A stretch of DNA of 63,715 bases, filler included, from Octopus bimaculoides (GCF_001194135.2; 6 parts of 6 records of this genome joined end to end with filler, not necessarily neighbours in it); one strand, 5' to 3'; shown: positions 26,441 to 39,037, counted from the whole stretch's first letter. Numbers and translations: made by a program. The notes: generated from the letters alone by a model not told the origin.

Positions 26441-27270
26441 GAATGGTTTTGAATTTTTATCGCATTTTTCATGATTTCAGAAGGTATATTTCTGTTTCCA
26501 GATGGTATAATGCACACACACACCCAGACACACACACGCACACACACACACACACACANNNNNNNNNNNNNNNNNNNNNNNNNNNNNNNNNNNNNNNNNN
26601 NNNNNNNNNNNNNNNNNNNNNNNNNNNNNNNNNNNNNNNNNNNNNNNNNNNNNNNNNNNNNNNNNNNNNNNNNNNNNNNNNNNNNNNNNNNNNNNNNNNN
26701 NNNNNNNNNNNNNNNNNNNNNNNNNNNNNNNNNNNNNNNNNNNNNNNNNNNNNNNNNNNNNNNNNNNNNNNNNNNNNNNNNNNNNNNNNNNNNNNNNNNN
26801 NNNNNNNNNNNNNNNNNNNNNNNNNNNNNNNNNNNNNNNNNNNNNNNNNNNNNNNNNNNNNNNNNNNNNNNNNNNNNNNNNNNNNNNNNNNNNNNNNNNN
26901 NNNNNNNNNNNNNNNNNNNNNNNNNNNNNNNNNNNNNNNNNNNNNNNNNNNNNNNNNNNNNNNNNNNNNNNNNNNNNNNNNNNNNNNNNNNNNNNNNNNN
27001 NNNNNNNNNNNNNNNNNNNNNNNNNNNNNNNNNNNNNNNNNNNNNNNNNNNNNNNNNNNNNNNNNNNNNNNNNNNNNNNNNNNNNNNNNNNNNNNNNNNN
27101 NNNNNNNNNNNNNNNNNNNNNNNNNNNNNNNNNNNNNNNNNNNNNNNNNNNNNNNNNNNNNNNNNNNNNNNNNNNNNNNNNNNNNNNNNNNNNNNNNNNN
27201 NNNNNNNNNNNNNNNNNNNNNNNNNNNNNNNNNNNNNNNTTCTTATCTACATATATAAAATAGTGTGTGC

Positions 27271-27301
<31 letters not shown>

Positions 27302-27334
27302 CGAGAGAGAGAGAGAGAGAGAGAGTGTGTGTGT

Positions 27335-27377
<43 letters not shown>

Positions 27378-27457
27378 TGTGTCAACTTACACCTATATTC
27401 AATTTAGTAATACCAAATTGAATTTTATTATAAATAATATATGTATATGAATATTAT

Positions 27458-27974
27458 TAAGAAAAAAAACACCAATATACAATTCAAACAATGAAAGAGA
27501 CCACTCACCATCAAGAAAAGCGTACTCTACAAAATACTAATTTAAAAATCTATAAATTCTAAAAGAACAGTATAAACCCATAAAAATCTATGAAATACTG
27601 GACTAAACATTTAATTCAACTTAGTAAATTGATAAAATAGAAGGTAAAGTGTTGACTACGCGCATTTCGTGGTCACATTATAGCAGACAAAACAGTACAA
27701 TTCACAATTAATTGAACAAGATTATATTCTACTCGAAATACAGTCATTCATCATGTCTCGAAACGCGTGTAGTCAACACTGTACCTGCTATTTCATAAAT
27801 TTACTCAGTTGAATTAAATTTTTAGTCTAGTATTTCATAGATTTTTATGGATTTTATACTTTTCTTTTCCATTTTATAAATTTTTAAATTTGTATTTTGT
27901 AGAGTACGCTTTTCTTGATGGTGATTGTTCTCTTTCATTGTTTGAACTGTATATTGGTGGTTCTTCTCTAAATT
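27458..27974. mobile_element. Foldback element: ~210-bp inverted arms with a ~90-bp spacer
   Basis: 27458-27669 is the reverse complement of 27759-27974 (e.g. caccatcaagaaaagcgtactctacaaaatac vs gtattttgtagagtacgcttttcttgatggtg). Confidence 0.9.
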
Positions 27975-28074
27975 AATTATATATATATATATATATATGG
28001 GAGAATGTACGAAAAAAACAACAACAGACGAGGACAGGTGGTGTAAACAACAAAATGATATATATACACTCTTT

Positions 28075-28429
28075 TATTCTTTTACTCTTTAACTTGTCTT
28101 TTACAGTCATTTGACTGCGGCCATGCTGGAGCACCGCCTTTTGTCGAGGAAATCGGCCCCAGGACTTATTATTTGTAAGCCTAGTACTTATTCTACCGGT
28201 ATTTTTTGCCGAACCGCTAAGCTGCGAGGACGTACGTAAACACACCAGCATCAGTTGTCANNNNNNNNNNNNNNNNNNNNNNNNNNNNNNNNNNNNNNNN
28301 NNNNNNNNNNNNNNNNNNNNNNNNNNNNNNNNNNNNNNNNNNNNNNNNNNNNNNNNNNNNNNNNNNNNNNNNNNNNNNNNNNNNNNNNNNNNNNNNNNNN
28401 NNNNNNNNNNNNNNNNNNNNNNNNNNNNN

Positions 28430-28469
<40 letters not shown>

Positions 28470-28622
28470 ATATACATATATACGACGGGCTTCTTTTCAG
28501 TTTACATCTACCAAATCCACTCACAAGGCTTTGGTCCGGCCGAGGCTCTAGCAGACGACACTTGCCCAAGATGCCATGTGGTTGGTAAGCAACCTACTTA
28601 CCACACATCCACTCCTGCGCCT
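28075..28622 (-). mobile_element. SINE family B, reverse orientation, spanning a gap
   Basis: Reverse complement of the family B tail (cagtcatttgactgcggccatgctggagcaccgcc) and head (cacaaggctttggtccggccgaggctctagcagacgacacttgcccaag). Confidence 0.85.
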
Positions 28623-28705
28623 AAACGATTAAATTGAATTATATACTTAAGTTCAGGCACCAAGTCAGTCTGGTATTATTTGCACAGCTCGAGTAAGGCG
28701 AATAA

Positions 28706-28894
28706 AAAGCAAATTAGTAATAAGGATGCCAAGGTATCAGTGCATTACAGCCGTTTGAGGCGGCTCCATTTTATCGATTAATGCAAGGTGGTATATTTGA
28801 AATTCAGGTAATGCTTGTATTGATCGATGAAATGGGGCTGCCTGAAACGGCTGTAATGCACTGATACCTTGACCTCCTTGTTACTTATTTGCTT
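28706..28894. mobile_element. Small foldback element: ~78-bp arms with a ~30-bp spacer
   Basis: A perfect 27-bp inverted core (28730-28756 vs 28845-28871) sits inside longer imperfect arms. Confidence 0.9.
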
Positions 28895-29329
28895 TATCTA
28901 TATCATATATATATATAAACTACTCCACTACTATTCCTAGTCGATAGACAATACTTTGAAAATAAAGCTGCAGAAATTATCATAGGAAACTCTACGTTAC
29001 CCCTAGATTTGCTAGAAGCCAAATCTCTTGCAAATGCCACTCTACTGTTATATAACTAAAATAGGGTATTGAATCTGTTAAACACAAAGGATGGATGGTC
29101 GCAGTCGAAACGTCTTTGATTATATAGTTAATCAAAACCATCAATAAGTCTTAGCTTAAATGCAAACGATGTTATCGTTACGTTGAATGTTTACCAACAA
29201 ATCAAAGCATAACTTTTACTCACAAAAGACTATGAACTTTGTCGTATATAGAATGATATATCTAGTGGTTTTTGGTGTGTATCTACTGGCGAGGTGACAG
29301 CCATCTTTTGGCTCCATTTACTTTTCACG

Positions 29330-29525
29330 CTTTTAGAACATTTAGGCTGGATGTAGAGACGGCTCTACCATCGCACTGTCGATACTCATTTTCAGCTGAT
29401 TTGATAACACTTACATAATCTAAAGTGACGTGCGCAACGATATGATGCTGTCATCCGGTTCAAGATTAGAACCTACAACCTCTTCATCGCGAACTCAGTG
29501 CCCTTACCAGTTGGTTGTGTTCTGA
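29330..29525 (-). mobile_element. Old tRNA-headed SINE-like remnant
   Basis: The minus strand shows a tRNA-like head (ctggtaagggcactgag...ggttctaatcttgaacc) followed by atcagctgaaaatgagtatc. Confidence 0.35.
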
Positions 29526-30759
29526 TATGACCTAATGTACGCAGATGGATTAAGCATGAAGCTGTTTATAGTGTTTTCAAAAATAACGAGGTAATCGTTT
29601 TGAACGCTTTCTTTCTTGAAACTGTCCTGAGGCTTGAACATCAGAAACATCTTAAATGATATTTTGGTGATATTCTGTGACGTCCTTACAAAGAAGCATC
29701 ATATTATCAATTTTATATACACTTATACATTAATTTTCTCTCTCCCCAGTCATCTCTCATAACGGAATTGCTGCAGGAAATTGCTCTTAAAAAAATCTAC
29801 AGATTTCTATTAGAATAAAATAATATATATTCATATGTGTATATATATNNNNNNNNNNNNNNNNNNNNNNNNNNNNNNNNNNNNNNNNNNNNNNNNNNNN
29901 NNNNNNNNNNNNNNNNNNNNNNNNNNNNNNNNNNNNNNNNNNNNNNNNNNNNNNNNNNNNNNNNNNNNNNNNNNNNNNNNNNNNNNNNNNNNNNNNNNNN
30001 NNNNNNNNNNNNNNNNNNNNNNNNNNNNNNNNNNNNNNNNNNNNNNNNNNNNNNNNNNNNNNNNNNNNNNNNNNNNNNNNNNNNNNNNNNNNNNNNNNNN
30101 NNNNNNNNNNNNNNNNNNNNNNNNNNNNNNNNNNNNNNNNNNNNNNNNNNNNNNNNNNNNNNNNNNNNNNNNNNNNNNNNNNNNNNNNNNNNNNNNNNNN
30201 NNNNNNNNNNNNNNNNNNNNNNNNNNNNNNNNNNNNNNNNNNNNNNNNNNNNNNNNNNNNNNNNNNNNNNNNNNNNNNNNNNNNNNNNNNNNNNNNNNNN
30301 NNNNNNNNNNNNNNNNNNNNNNNNNNNNNNNNNNNNNNNNNNNNNNNNNNNNNNNNNNNNNNNNNNNNNNNNNNNNNNNNNNNNNNNNNNNNNATATATA
30401 TGGATACATACACCTGTCTTCATGAGTTCATACACACACATGTGTATACATATATATATGCATGTATGTATATATGTATGTGTGTGTCTGTGTGTGTGTA
30501 TGGATGTATGTATGTATGTAAAGTATATGCAAAACAAGAATAATTATAAAAAATAATAGCAAACATGCAACCAAAGGGTGATGGCAATAAATTCTATTAA
30601 AATATTACTGAAAGCTGATTTTCTCAGAGTGATATTGACAGACTCTGTAACATGCTATTACGGAGCGTGATTACAAGGACATTGCACACTGGAAAGTTAT
30701 ATACAACTAAAGCAAACTGGAAATCATGCTGTGATGATTTTGATAATTGCATGGATTCA

Positions 30760-31207
30760 TTTATAGCGTCATCGTTGACGTCATGGTGGTCGCCGTCATT
30801 ACAATATTCATCGTCATCAACATACTCGTGATAATCATCATCATCATCATCATCAAGCTCATCGCCAACACCATCATCAGCAGCAACAGCATGCTTGTCC
30901 TCAATAAAGGTTACATGATCCTTATCAACATTGGTAATATCTTCATCATCAAACATCGTCGTCATTATCATCATCATCACCATCATTATCATCATCATCA
31001 TCATCATTATCATCATCATCATCACCATCTTCATTGATGACACCAAAACTAGCATTGCACATATTTATAGATACTTGAATAATCGACTAAAATCCTCACA
31101 CAATGTTTGAAACTATGTGCTTATTTCTAGAACGCCTGATACTGGGATTTGTTGTATTTGGAATTCACATAGATATTCCTTTGCTAGTTACTATTATTAT
31201 TATTATT

Positions 31208-31263
<56 letters not shown>

Positions 31264-31265
31264 TA
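30760..31265. repeat. (CAT/ATC/ATT)n trinucleotide low-complexity tracts
   Basis: Direct sequence; these explain the poly-M, poly-D, poly-H and poly-I ORFs. Confidence 0.9.
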
Positions 31266-31409
31266 TTGTCAAAATTAAAAGAAGAGTGCCATTTGAACCA
31301 GTTGAAGACACACAAGATGTCGAAATATCATTCACTAGATAACAAAGCTAAAGCACGCAGATTGGCACATATTGATCTAGGACACGGCTGTGCATGCGCA
31401 TGTGCTAGA

Positions 31410-31800
31410 ACATTAAACGTTCTAGAACAATTCCGCTGTTTACAGCAGTGCTTAGAAGGAAAGTATGTAGCGTGTGATCGCCGCATTGAGTTGTCATGGC
31501 GATACATGCTCAGAAGCCTGCGCAAGGTTTCAGAAAGATGGCCGAAAAAATGTGGATATTGAGGAATGTTCTGGGAGACACACAACCAGCAGAATGGAGA
31601 AAAACGTTCCAGATGTGCGTTCAGCTGTTAATGGAAATCGTCGGATTACCATCCGTGAGTTATCAGAGGTTGTGCAGATCAGTTACGGTTCAGTTCAGTC
31701 CATTATCACTGAAGATTTGGGTAAGAGACGCGTGTCTGCCAAGTTTGCGCCAAAACTGCTTTCAGCTAATCAGAAAGACACTTTTGAAAACTTTGCGTAG
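31410..31800 (+). mobile_element. mariner transposase N-terminal (HTH) remnant
   Basis: RFQKDGRKNVDIEECSGRHTTS...VRSAVNGNRRITIRELSEVVQISYGSVQSIITEDLGKRRVSAKFAPKLL. Confidence 0.85.
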
Positions 31801-32084
31801 GCCTGTGAGCAGGTTTCACCTATCTGTTGGCAAAATTCTCTGCTCATATTTCTCTGTCATGGGGAATGCGACATTCACCCATTACACACCTTCATTAAAA
31901 GCACTGCTGGAAACAGCAGAATTAAGGTAGAACGTTATAACTTAGTGCACATGCACAACAGTATGTAGTGCAACGGTCCGGATAGTTATTGATCAGACCA
32001 CGTATTTGTCATATCGTAAGGTGATAGATCGATTATTATTCTTATTATTTTTATTATTATTATTATTATTATTATGATTATCAT

Positions 32085-32898
32085 CTTTCAATTTTGTTAC
32101 CATTTCTTGGTGAGTGTCTTGCTGACTCATAGGGCAGAGAAACGCACTGTATACATTGGTAGGTCATTAAATAAACACAACAAACTGTCCATTTACAATG
32201 TCATGTGATAGAGGAAAGTGGTAAGAAAGATAGAAAGCAAAAAGAAAAAAATTAAATATAAAAAAATTAAATGGGAAAATAAAGGGGAAAAGGGAAAGAA
32301 AATTCGCAGCGATAATGCTCTTCTCAATACGTGTGACGCACCAGTTAAGACAATCTTTTGCACTTCCTGTATCGATGCTAAGTTAGAGATCATTCTTAAA
32401 TAATTTTCGGTTCCTTTTTGTTGATCATCCCAAGTGCTCCTACAATCACTGGTATTGTAACCGTATTGAGATACCGCATCTTTACGATTTCGATGGGCAA
32501 ATCTTCATATTTTCTAATCTTATCGAATTCTTTTGCCGAGATATTATGGTCACAAGATATGCTCATGCCAATCAATAAACAGACTTTCTTGTTTTGGACT
32601 TTCACAACAACATCCGGTCTGTACATACTGGGAAGCCTCAAACAATAGTTACATTTTCTCTCTTAATTACAGCCTCAGGGTTGTGCTTGTAAAATTTGTC
32701 AGCAGTTGTGATTTTATAATACCGACACGTTATCTACTGTAGATACTGGCCAATTCTGTTATGTCTTGATTTGTACTCTACAGGTGCTAAACTTTACATC
32801 CAGAGATTGGGTGATCAACTTTTTCTATTCTACTATTGCAGCACCGGCACTTTGTGTCTACACCATTTTCATCAAATTGGCTTGATAGTTACGGGTCA
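32085..32898 (-). mobile_element. R4/Dong-like RLE non-LTR retrotransposon, 5'-truncated 3' end
   Basis: CCHC knuckle KCRCCNSRIEKVDHPISGC...YKSRHNRIG, followed by restriction-like endonuclease motifs RPDVVV, HNISAKEFDKIRKYEDL, TIPVIVGALGMI and QEVQKIVLTGASHVLRRAL. (TAA)n tracts flank both sides. Confidence 0.88.
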
Positions 32899-32942
<44 letters not shown>

Positions 32943-33134
32943 NNNNNNNNNNNNNNNNNNNNNNNNNNNNNNNNNNNNNNNNNNNNNNNNNNNNNNNNNN
33001 NNNNNNNNNNNNNNNNNNNNNNNNNNNNNNNNNNNNNNNNNNTATATATATATATATATATATACACGGTGGTGTCCCAGCATGACTGCAGCTTTGAAGC
33101 TGAAACACTTTAAAGATTTTATGATTTATATATA

Positions 33135-34358
33135 CACAGATATGACAGAATTAAATTATCACCCTTAAAATCGTTAAAATTTATCTAAATCTGAAAATAT
33201 ACATTACATTTATTTATTAATTATCAAAATGTGAATATCTAATATTTAGTAGACATGACTTTTGCATTTTTCAATGCAAGGACCCTATAAGTGATGCTAG
33301 TAATCGGATGACCAATATTCTCTTAAGGAATGTCTTGCGAAGTTTCATGCAGTGACCTCAAAAGATCTGGTTTGAGGATGCTTTGTTATCCTGTTTATGA
33401 AGTGTCGTATCCATTATCCCCCAGAGGTGTTCAATAGGTTTTATATCCGATGGCTGGCTTGGCTATGAAAGCTTTTTTAATGCAATTCTCATACAACCAA
33501 TCCTGGGTCATTTTATGTGTGTGACAAGGAGCCCCATCTTCCATAAATAAAGAGACTTCCTTAAACATTTCAACACTTGAGAAGTTTGGAAAGTGTCCTT
33601 TCTGTAATATGGATACATATTTATCTGACATTACTTTCCCTTCACATTCCAGCAGTTCTGACAAACTATTGCTCCAAATTGCCTCCCAGACCATGACAGA
33701 ATAACCACTGTGTTTCATTGTTGGCTGAAATCTTTTCACGTCAATTTCTTGGTTACAGAATCTCCTGAGCTGCACTCGGCCACTCTCAGAAAATAGAGCA
33801 AATCTGGACTCATCAGAGAATATGCCAATGTCCCAAAATGCTAGTAGTCTATCCACCATTTTACTAGCCCAAACTTTATTCCGCTTGATATTGGCTCGTC
33901 GAAGAAGTGGCTTCATTGTTTCTGCTCTGCCATACTAGCCAAATTTGTGGAGATATTTGTTCTGATATGTCAGAACGCAACAAGGATAATCCTCTATACT
34001 TCTCTTAACAAAGCGAAGGATCCTGTCAGAGGGCCCTGGTCGACTTGAACGAGGTGATGTTGACCCTTTCCTCTCCGTGGTGAATGACACTATCACTGTA
34101 TTACGTGTAGAAATATGGATCCTAAAGTTTTTCGGCGATTTTACGCTGACTTGGTTTGCGTTCAGATTGACCCACAATACGGCCTCTTTGAAATTCGGAC
34201 AGCCCCAAAGCTTCTTTTGAACATGGTATGAGGAAAAAGTCACCTATAGAACCTGAAACATAAAAATGCTAGTTAATAAAGAATACAAATCTGTTCACGT
34301 TAAAATAAACATAAGACGATGTGTTATGGTGTGTCTATTTACTTCTGTGATGTCTGTG
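33135..34358 (-). mobile_element. Full-length (~1.22 kb) decayed Tc1 element with TIRs; transposase pseudogene at 34224..33239
   Basis: Left TA|cacagatatgacagaattaaattatcacccttaa; right ggtgtgtctatttacttctgtgatgtctgtg|TG. Protein motifs LSEFQRGRIVGQSE, IFSDESRF, VMVW, FMEDGAPCH, SDIKPIEHLW and a terminal STKY*. Confidence 0.9.
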
Positions 34359-34499
34359 TGTTTGTATATGTATGTATATATATATATATATATATATATN
34401 NNNNNNNNNNNNNNNNNNNNNNNNNNNNNNNNNNNNNNNNNNNTTAATTAATTAANNNNNNNNNNNNNNNNNNNNNNNNNNNNNNNNNNNNNNNNNNNN

Positions 34500-34532
<33 letters not shown>

Positions 34533-35155
34533 CATACACAGATGTTTATACGCACAAACATACAAATACACAAACGCTCTCTCCATATACATGCATGCAC
34601 ATACGTAAGCACACTCGCACATAAACGTACGCATACACAAACACAGACAGAAACAGCCCATGCATGCATACATATGCATATTTTACTTTTCGATATAAGC
34701 GTTCGTCCATTTTTCATTCCTGATAACCAAACCATCTGTTATGGAATATAATGAACGCAGGAATTGCCAATATAGAGGTCTTTGGATAAGATTTCTCGCA
34801 GCTTTTCTCGGCTTATTTTTTCATTGATTGTATCAAAATCGAACATCAGAAAGCAGTTAAATCTGAACTTAATTCTTTAAATCTGTGACTGTTTTAGTTA
34901 CAATTTTTGCCATTGATTTCCTTTATATTTATATTTGAAATTTCATTCCTGTTTTTATCAAAGGTTTTTACTTGAAATCTTTGTCTTTTTCTTTTAGTAT
35001 GGCCACTCTAAATATTGGAAACCGCTAACATTCTGTTTCGTTTGCATATATATGTGTGCGAAGACAAATATGTATATGCGTATGTATGTATATGTGTATG
35101 TGGGGGCAGTAGATGTCGTTGGTTTTATCCTTGATTATGTGAAGTGTAGCTGTGC

Positions 35156-35228
<73 letters not shown>

Positions 35229-35785
35229 CATATATATAAAATTACGAACTCATATATATGAATATAAATGTATATAAATATAAATATACATTTATATTAT
35301 ATTCTCACATAAATATGTGTGTGTGCTTGTTTGTTTGTATATGTATGGCTATATATGTGAGTATATATCTGTGGCAGAGTAATATGAGTTGTATTTGTAC
35401 GTATGCGCATGCGCTTATCTATGAATGTGTGTATGAACATGTACATGTGTATATGTGAGTTCCTTTCTATGTTCCTATCAATAGAATCACTAGGTTTCTT
35501 TTCCTCGCCCCCAAACCGCTATCCATTATAAAGAACCTTTATATTTCGTCGATAACATTGAAATATCCTTTGAGTTAAACAATTACAAGTTTAGTTTAAA
35601 TTCCCATGCCAAAAAAAAAAAGAAGATGTATAATAGAAGAAAACAAAAACTAACAGACAAAAAAAATGATATAACCGTCTTCAGAATTGCTAACGTGCGA
35701 TTATTGACCTGTTGGAAATAACATCCCAGTCTATTTCACATCGTACTGTATTTCCTTAAGAAAGCCTGTAAGAAAATTTATACTA

Positions 35786-35980
35786 TAGCATAAGGCCTGG
35801 ATTTCGATGGGAGGACGTTTGTCGATTACATCGACCCCAGTACTCGCCTGATACTTATTCCATCAGCCACGAAAGAGTGAAAAGCAAAGTCGAACTTGGC
35901 ACAAGTTGAACACAGAACGTGAAACCGGAAGGAAATGCCGCTAAGCATTTTGTCTAGCGTGCCAATTCTGCCAGTTTTCC
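35786..35980 (-). mobile_element. SINE family A
   Basis: gtcgattacatcgaccccagtac...aaagcaaagtcgaac...gccgctaagcatttt...tctgccag is the reverse complement of family A. Confidence 0.8.
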
Positions 35981-36979
35981 GGCTTTGTTACATTGAATAT
36001 ACATGAGAGACATATTCCCGAGAGACAAAAACACAGAGTAGTCATAGTTATAAGTTCTTTATTCCATAGATCTTCTCAATCGGTGATATCAATCGGTGAC
36101 TATCAATATAGGTACAGTGTCGATCTCGCGGAACCTTTGGCTCTAAAGCCTTTTTCGGGTAACCGGTTTTTTCCGAAACAGGGGTGGTCACCTTGGCCAG
36201 CACTCACTAAATTAAACATATACTAAATTTATTCAAATAATTAAATAAAATAAGGATAACTTTATATAAATGTAAATTAGTGTGGTTTATACGAGGACTA
36301 TCAATGTGTGGAAAGTTGGTGTTGTCCTTCGGTTGAAGGAACCTCATGTTGAAAGATATATGAATCAGAACTTCATTATCAACTACAGCAGGTTCTTAAA
36401 AACGAAAGTAATGCTACACTGTAGAAGGGGATTCTTGACTAATGGTTGAAATAGAGAAAAAAATTGCAAAATTATTAGAGATTCAGCATTTTAAATTAAA
36501 GAACTGTCAGATCAGAGATGACCTTGTATCAAACACCAATTCCATCAACGTAGGCACCACCACCACCACCAGCATTATGGACAGCACCAAAGACGAAATC
36601 TCGACTTGAAAGGAATAGCAGTCAAAACTTTCCCACATTAGACGGTGCTATTTAGAGAAAGCAGTTTCATATTGATTAGAGCCTGGATACGACACGGCTA
36701 AATAGAGAAGACAAGCCAGACTCAAATGCAATGTCAAAAGCTGTTGATCGGCTCAATCTGAGATAACTTAGAATTACATTATCACAAGCAATAACAACAA
36801 CAGCAACAACAATAAACATAGCCATAACATCATCAACAACAATAACATTAACATTTGTCTATCTTAGGATTTAGTTAATCTTCAATATTTACACGCTGTT
36901 ATTTACGGCGTTATTTACTTCGTCTTCCACCTTTGAAAATGATTTATATTGTGTCTCTGAAAGTTTCTAAATATGTATA

Positions 36980-37116
36980 ATGCTGGCGTGGCAGTGTGGT
37001 AAGAAGCGTGCTTATCAGGCACATAGTTACGGGTTCTACTGTGGCAGAAGAGACTTGTTCAAGGTTCTGCTACATTGCGAGTGGATTTGGCAGAGAGAAA
37101 CTAAAAGAAGCATGGT

Positions 37117-37167
<51 letters not shown>

Positions 37168-37540
37168 CATATGTAAGTATATATGTATGTATATATNNNN
37201 NNNNNNNNNNNNNNNNNNNNNNNNNNNNNNNNNNNNNNNNNNNNNNNNNNNNNNNNNNNNNNNNNNNNNNNNNNNNNNNNNNNNNNNNNNNNNNNNNNNN
37301 NNNNNNNNNNNNNNNNNNNNNNTATATATATATATATATATATATATATCCATGTATGTATGTATATATGTATGTATTTTTGTGTGTGTACGTGGATGTG
37401 TATGCGTGCGTGTTCGTTTGTGCGTGTTATTGAGTTTGTTTGTTCCCCGCCACCACTTGACAACTGGCGGTCGATTTGTTCGACTAAAACCAAATACACT
37501 GCCCCAATATAGCCACAGTCCAATGACTGAAACATAAAAA
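36980..37540 (+). mobile_element. SINE family B (diverged, spanning a gap)
   Basis: ggcgtggcagtgtggtaagaagcgtgctt head, gtggatttggcagagagaaactaaaagaagc body, caatgactgaaacataaaa tail. Confidence 0.75.
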
Positions 37541-37799
37541 AAAAAGTAAACGACACACACACATTCTTTAACGTTGATGGAATATCCATGTCAGTGCGTT
37601 CATTATCAACGGCAGATGCATGCTTTTCTTTCCTTCAGCGTTGATCCATCAGGTTTCAGATGCAAAATCACACAATTTGCAACAAACTGACATTTTCTAA
37701 AATGTTCCAATTTCTGCATTCAACATAGTGTTTTGTGTCGTCTTTTTCGATTGCGGAAACAGTGAAGCCCTAAAATAATCTGTCACTACTTTTGGATAC

Positions 37800-37922
37800 A
37801 TGTGCTTGCTCGTATTCAGTGTTTCTGCTGTTGATGCTAACGATGATGCCGATATCGTCGACGATGATGCTAACGACGATGATGATATTGGTGTTACTAG
37901 TCTTGCTGGATATGGTGGTGAA

Positions 37923-37971
<49 letters not shown>

Positions 37972-38080
37972 CTGCTGTTAAAGAAGATAATGACGATGAT
38001 GATGATGATGCTCATCATCATCATCATCATCATCATTATCTTCTTTAACAGCAGAATCATCGTCGTAGTCATCATCATAA
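37800..38080. repeat. (GAT)n/(CAT)n tract containing an inverted duplication
   Basis: gattctgctgttaaagaagataatga vs tcattatcttctttaacagcagaatc, symmetric about 38011. Confidence 0.9.
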
Positions 38081-38310
38081 ATATCACCAATGGAGGAGCC
38101 TTGCCTTCCTAAAATACGCAGGCCGGTCTCAATTAGACCACTTTTAATACAGAGCTCTTCTACTACGTTTGATATGGAGATGAAGATAAAAACTACTCTA
38201 TGAAATAACATTCTCATGAGCCAGTGAGGCTGTGTCTAGTTCCAAAATCAACTAGCATTTTGAGGCCGAAGCGAAACATGTCCGATAATAACAATAATAA
38301 TAATGATGAG

Positions 38311-38347
<37 letters not shown>

Positions 38348-38371
38348 ATAATAATAATAACCCTCTCAACT

Positions 38372-38573
38372 AAAGGCACGAAGTTAGCAATTTTGGGAGA
38401 GTGGATGAGTCGATTACATCGACCCCAGTGTGCAACTGGTACTTATTTTGTCGACCCCTAAAGGAGGAAAGGCAAAGTCCACCCCGGTGGACCTTGAACT
38501 CAGAATGTAAGGACGGACGGAATGCTGTTAAGCATTATGCCCGGTGTGCTAACGATTCTGCTAGGTCACCACC
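38372..38573 (-). mobile_element. SINE family A, copy 1 of a tandem pair
   Basis: gtcgattacatcgaccccagtgtgcaactggtacttatttt...gaactcagaatgt...tgctaacgattctgc. Confidence 0.85.
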
Positions 38574-38590
38574 TTAAAAAAATAATATTA

Positions 38591-38779
38591 GTTTCAAATT
38601 TTGTCACAAGGGTAGCAATTTTAGGGAGGGGATGAGTTGATTACATCGACCGATGTGTTCAACTGGTACTTATTTTATTGACCCCGTAAAGATGAAAGTC
38701 AAAGTCGCCCTCGGTGGAATTTGAACTCAGAACGTAGCGATGGGCAAAATACCGCTATGCATTTCGCTTGGTGTGCTAA
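38591..38779 (-). mobile_element. SINE family A, copy 2 of a tandem pair
   Basis: gtttcaaattttgtcacaagg...ctcggtggaatttgaactcagaacgtagcg...gctaacgattctgccagctcgcc; the B box GTTCAAATTCC lies on the minus strand. Confidence 0.88.
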
Positions 38780-39036
38780 CGATTCTGCCAGCTCGCCGGT
38801 TTGATAACAATAATAAGTATAATAAGAAGACGAAGAAGACAGACGCGTAGAATAATTATAAATAGAAGAAATTGAAGCGACAAATGCAAGAAGAATTAGA
38901 AAAAGAGATAATTTAGAATTAGAGCGAGAAGGGAAGGAGGAAGGGAAATAATAATTACATGGAAATAATAGTTAAGAGAAGGATAAGAACGACAACAAAG
39001 GAAAATTACTACACAAAGAATGGAAGATGAGGGCAC

Positions 39037-39037
<1 letters not shown>

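Noticed and set aside
29085-29120. gtcgaaacgtctttg hammerhead-like 3' half
   Set aside because: No credible CUGANGA box.
30620-30830. Open frame SDIDRLCNMLLRSVITRTLHTGKLY...SCCDDFDNC
   Set aside because: Runs into a trinucleotide tract, has no good donor and no recognisable family.
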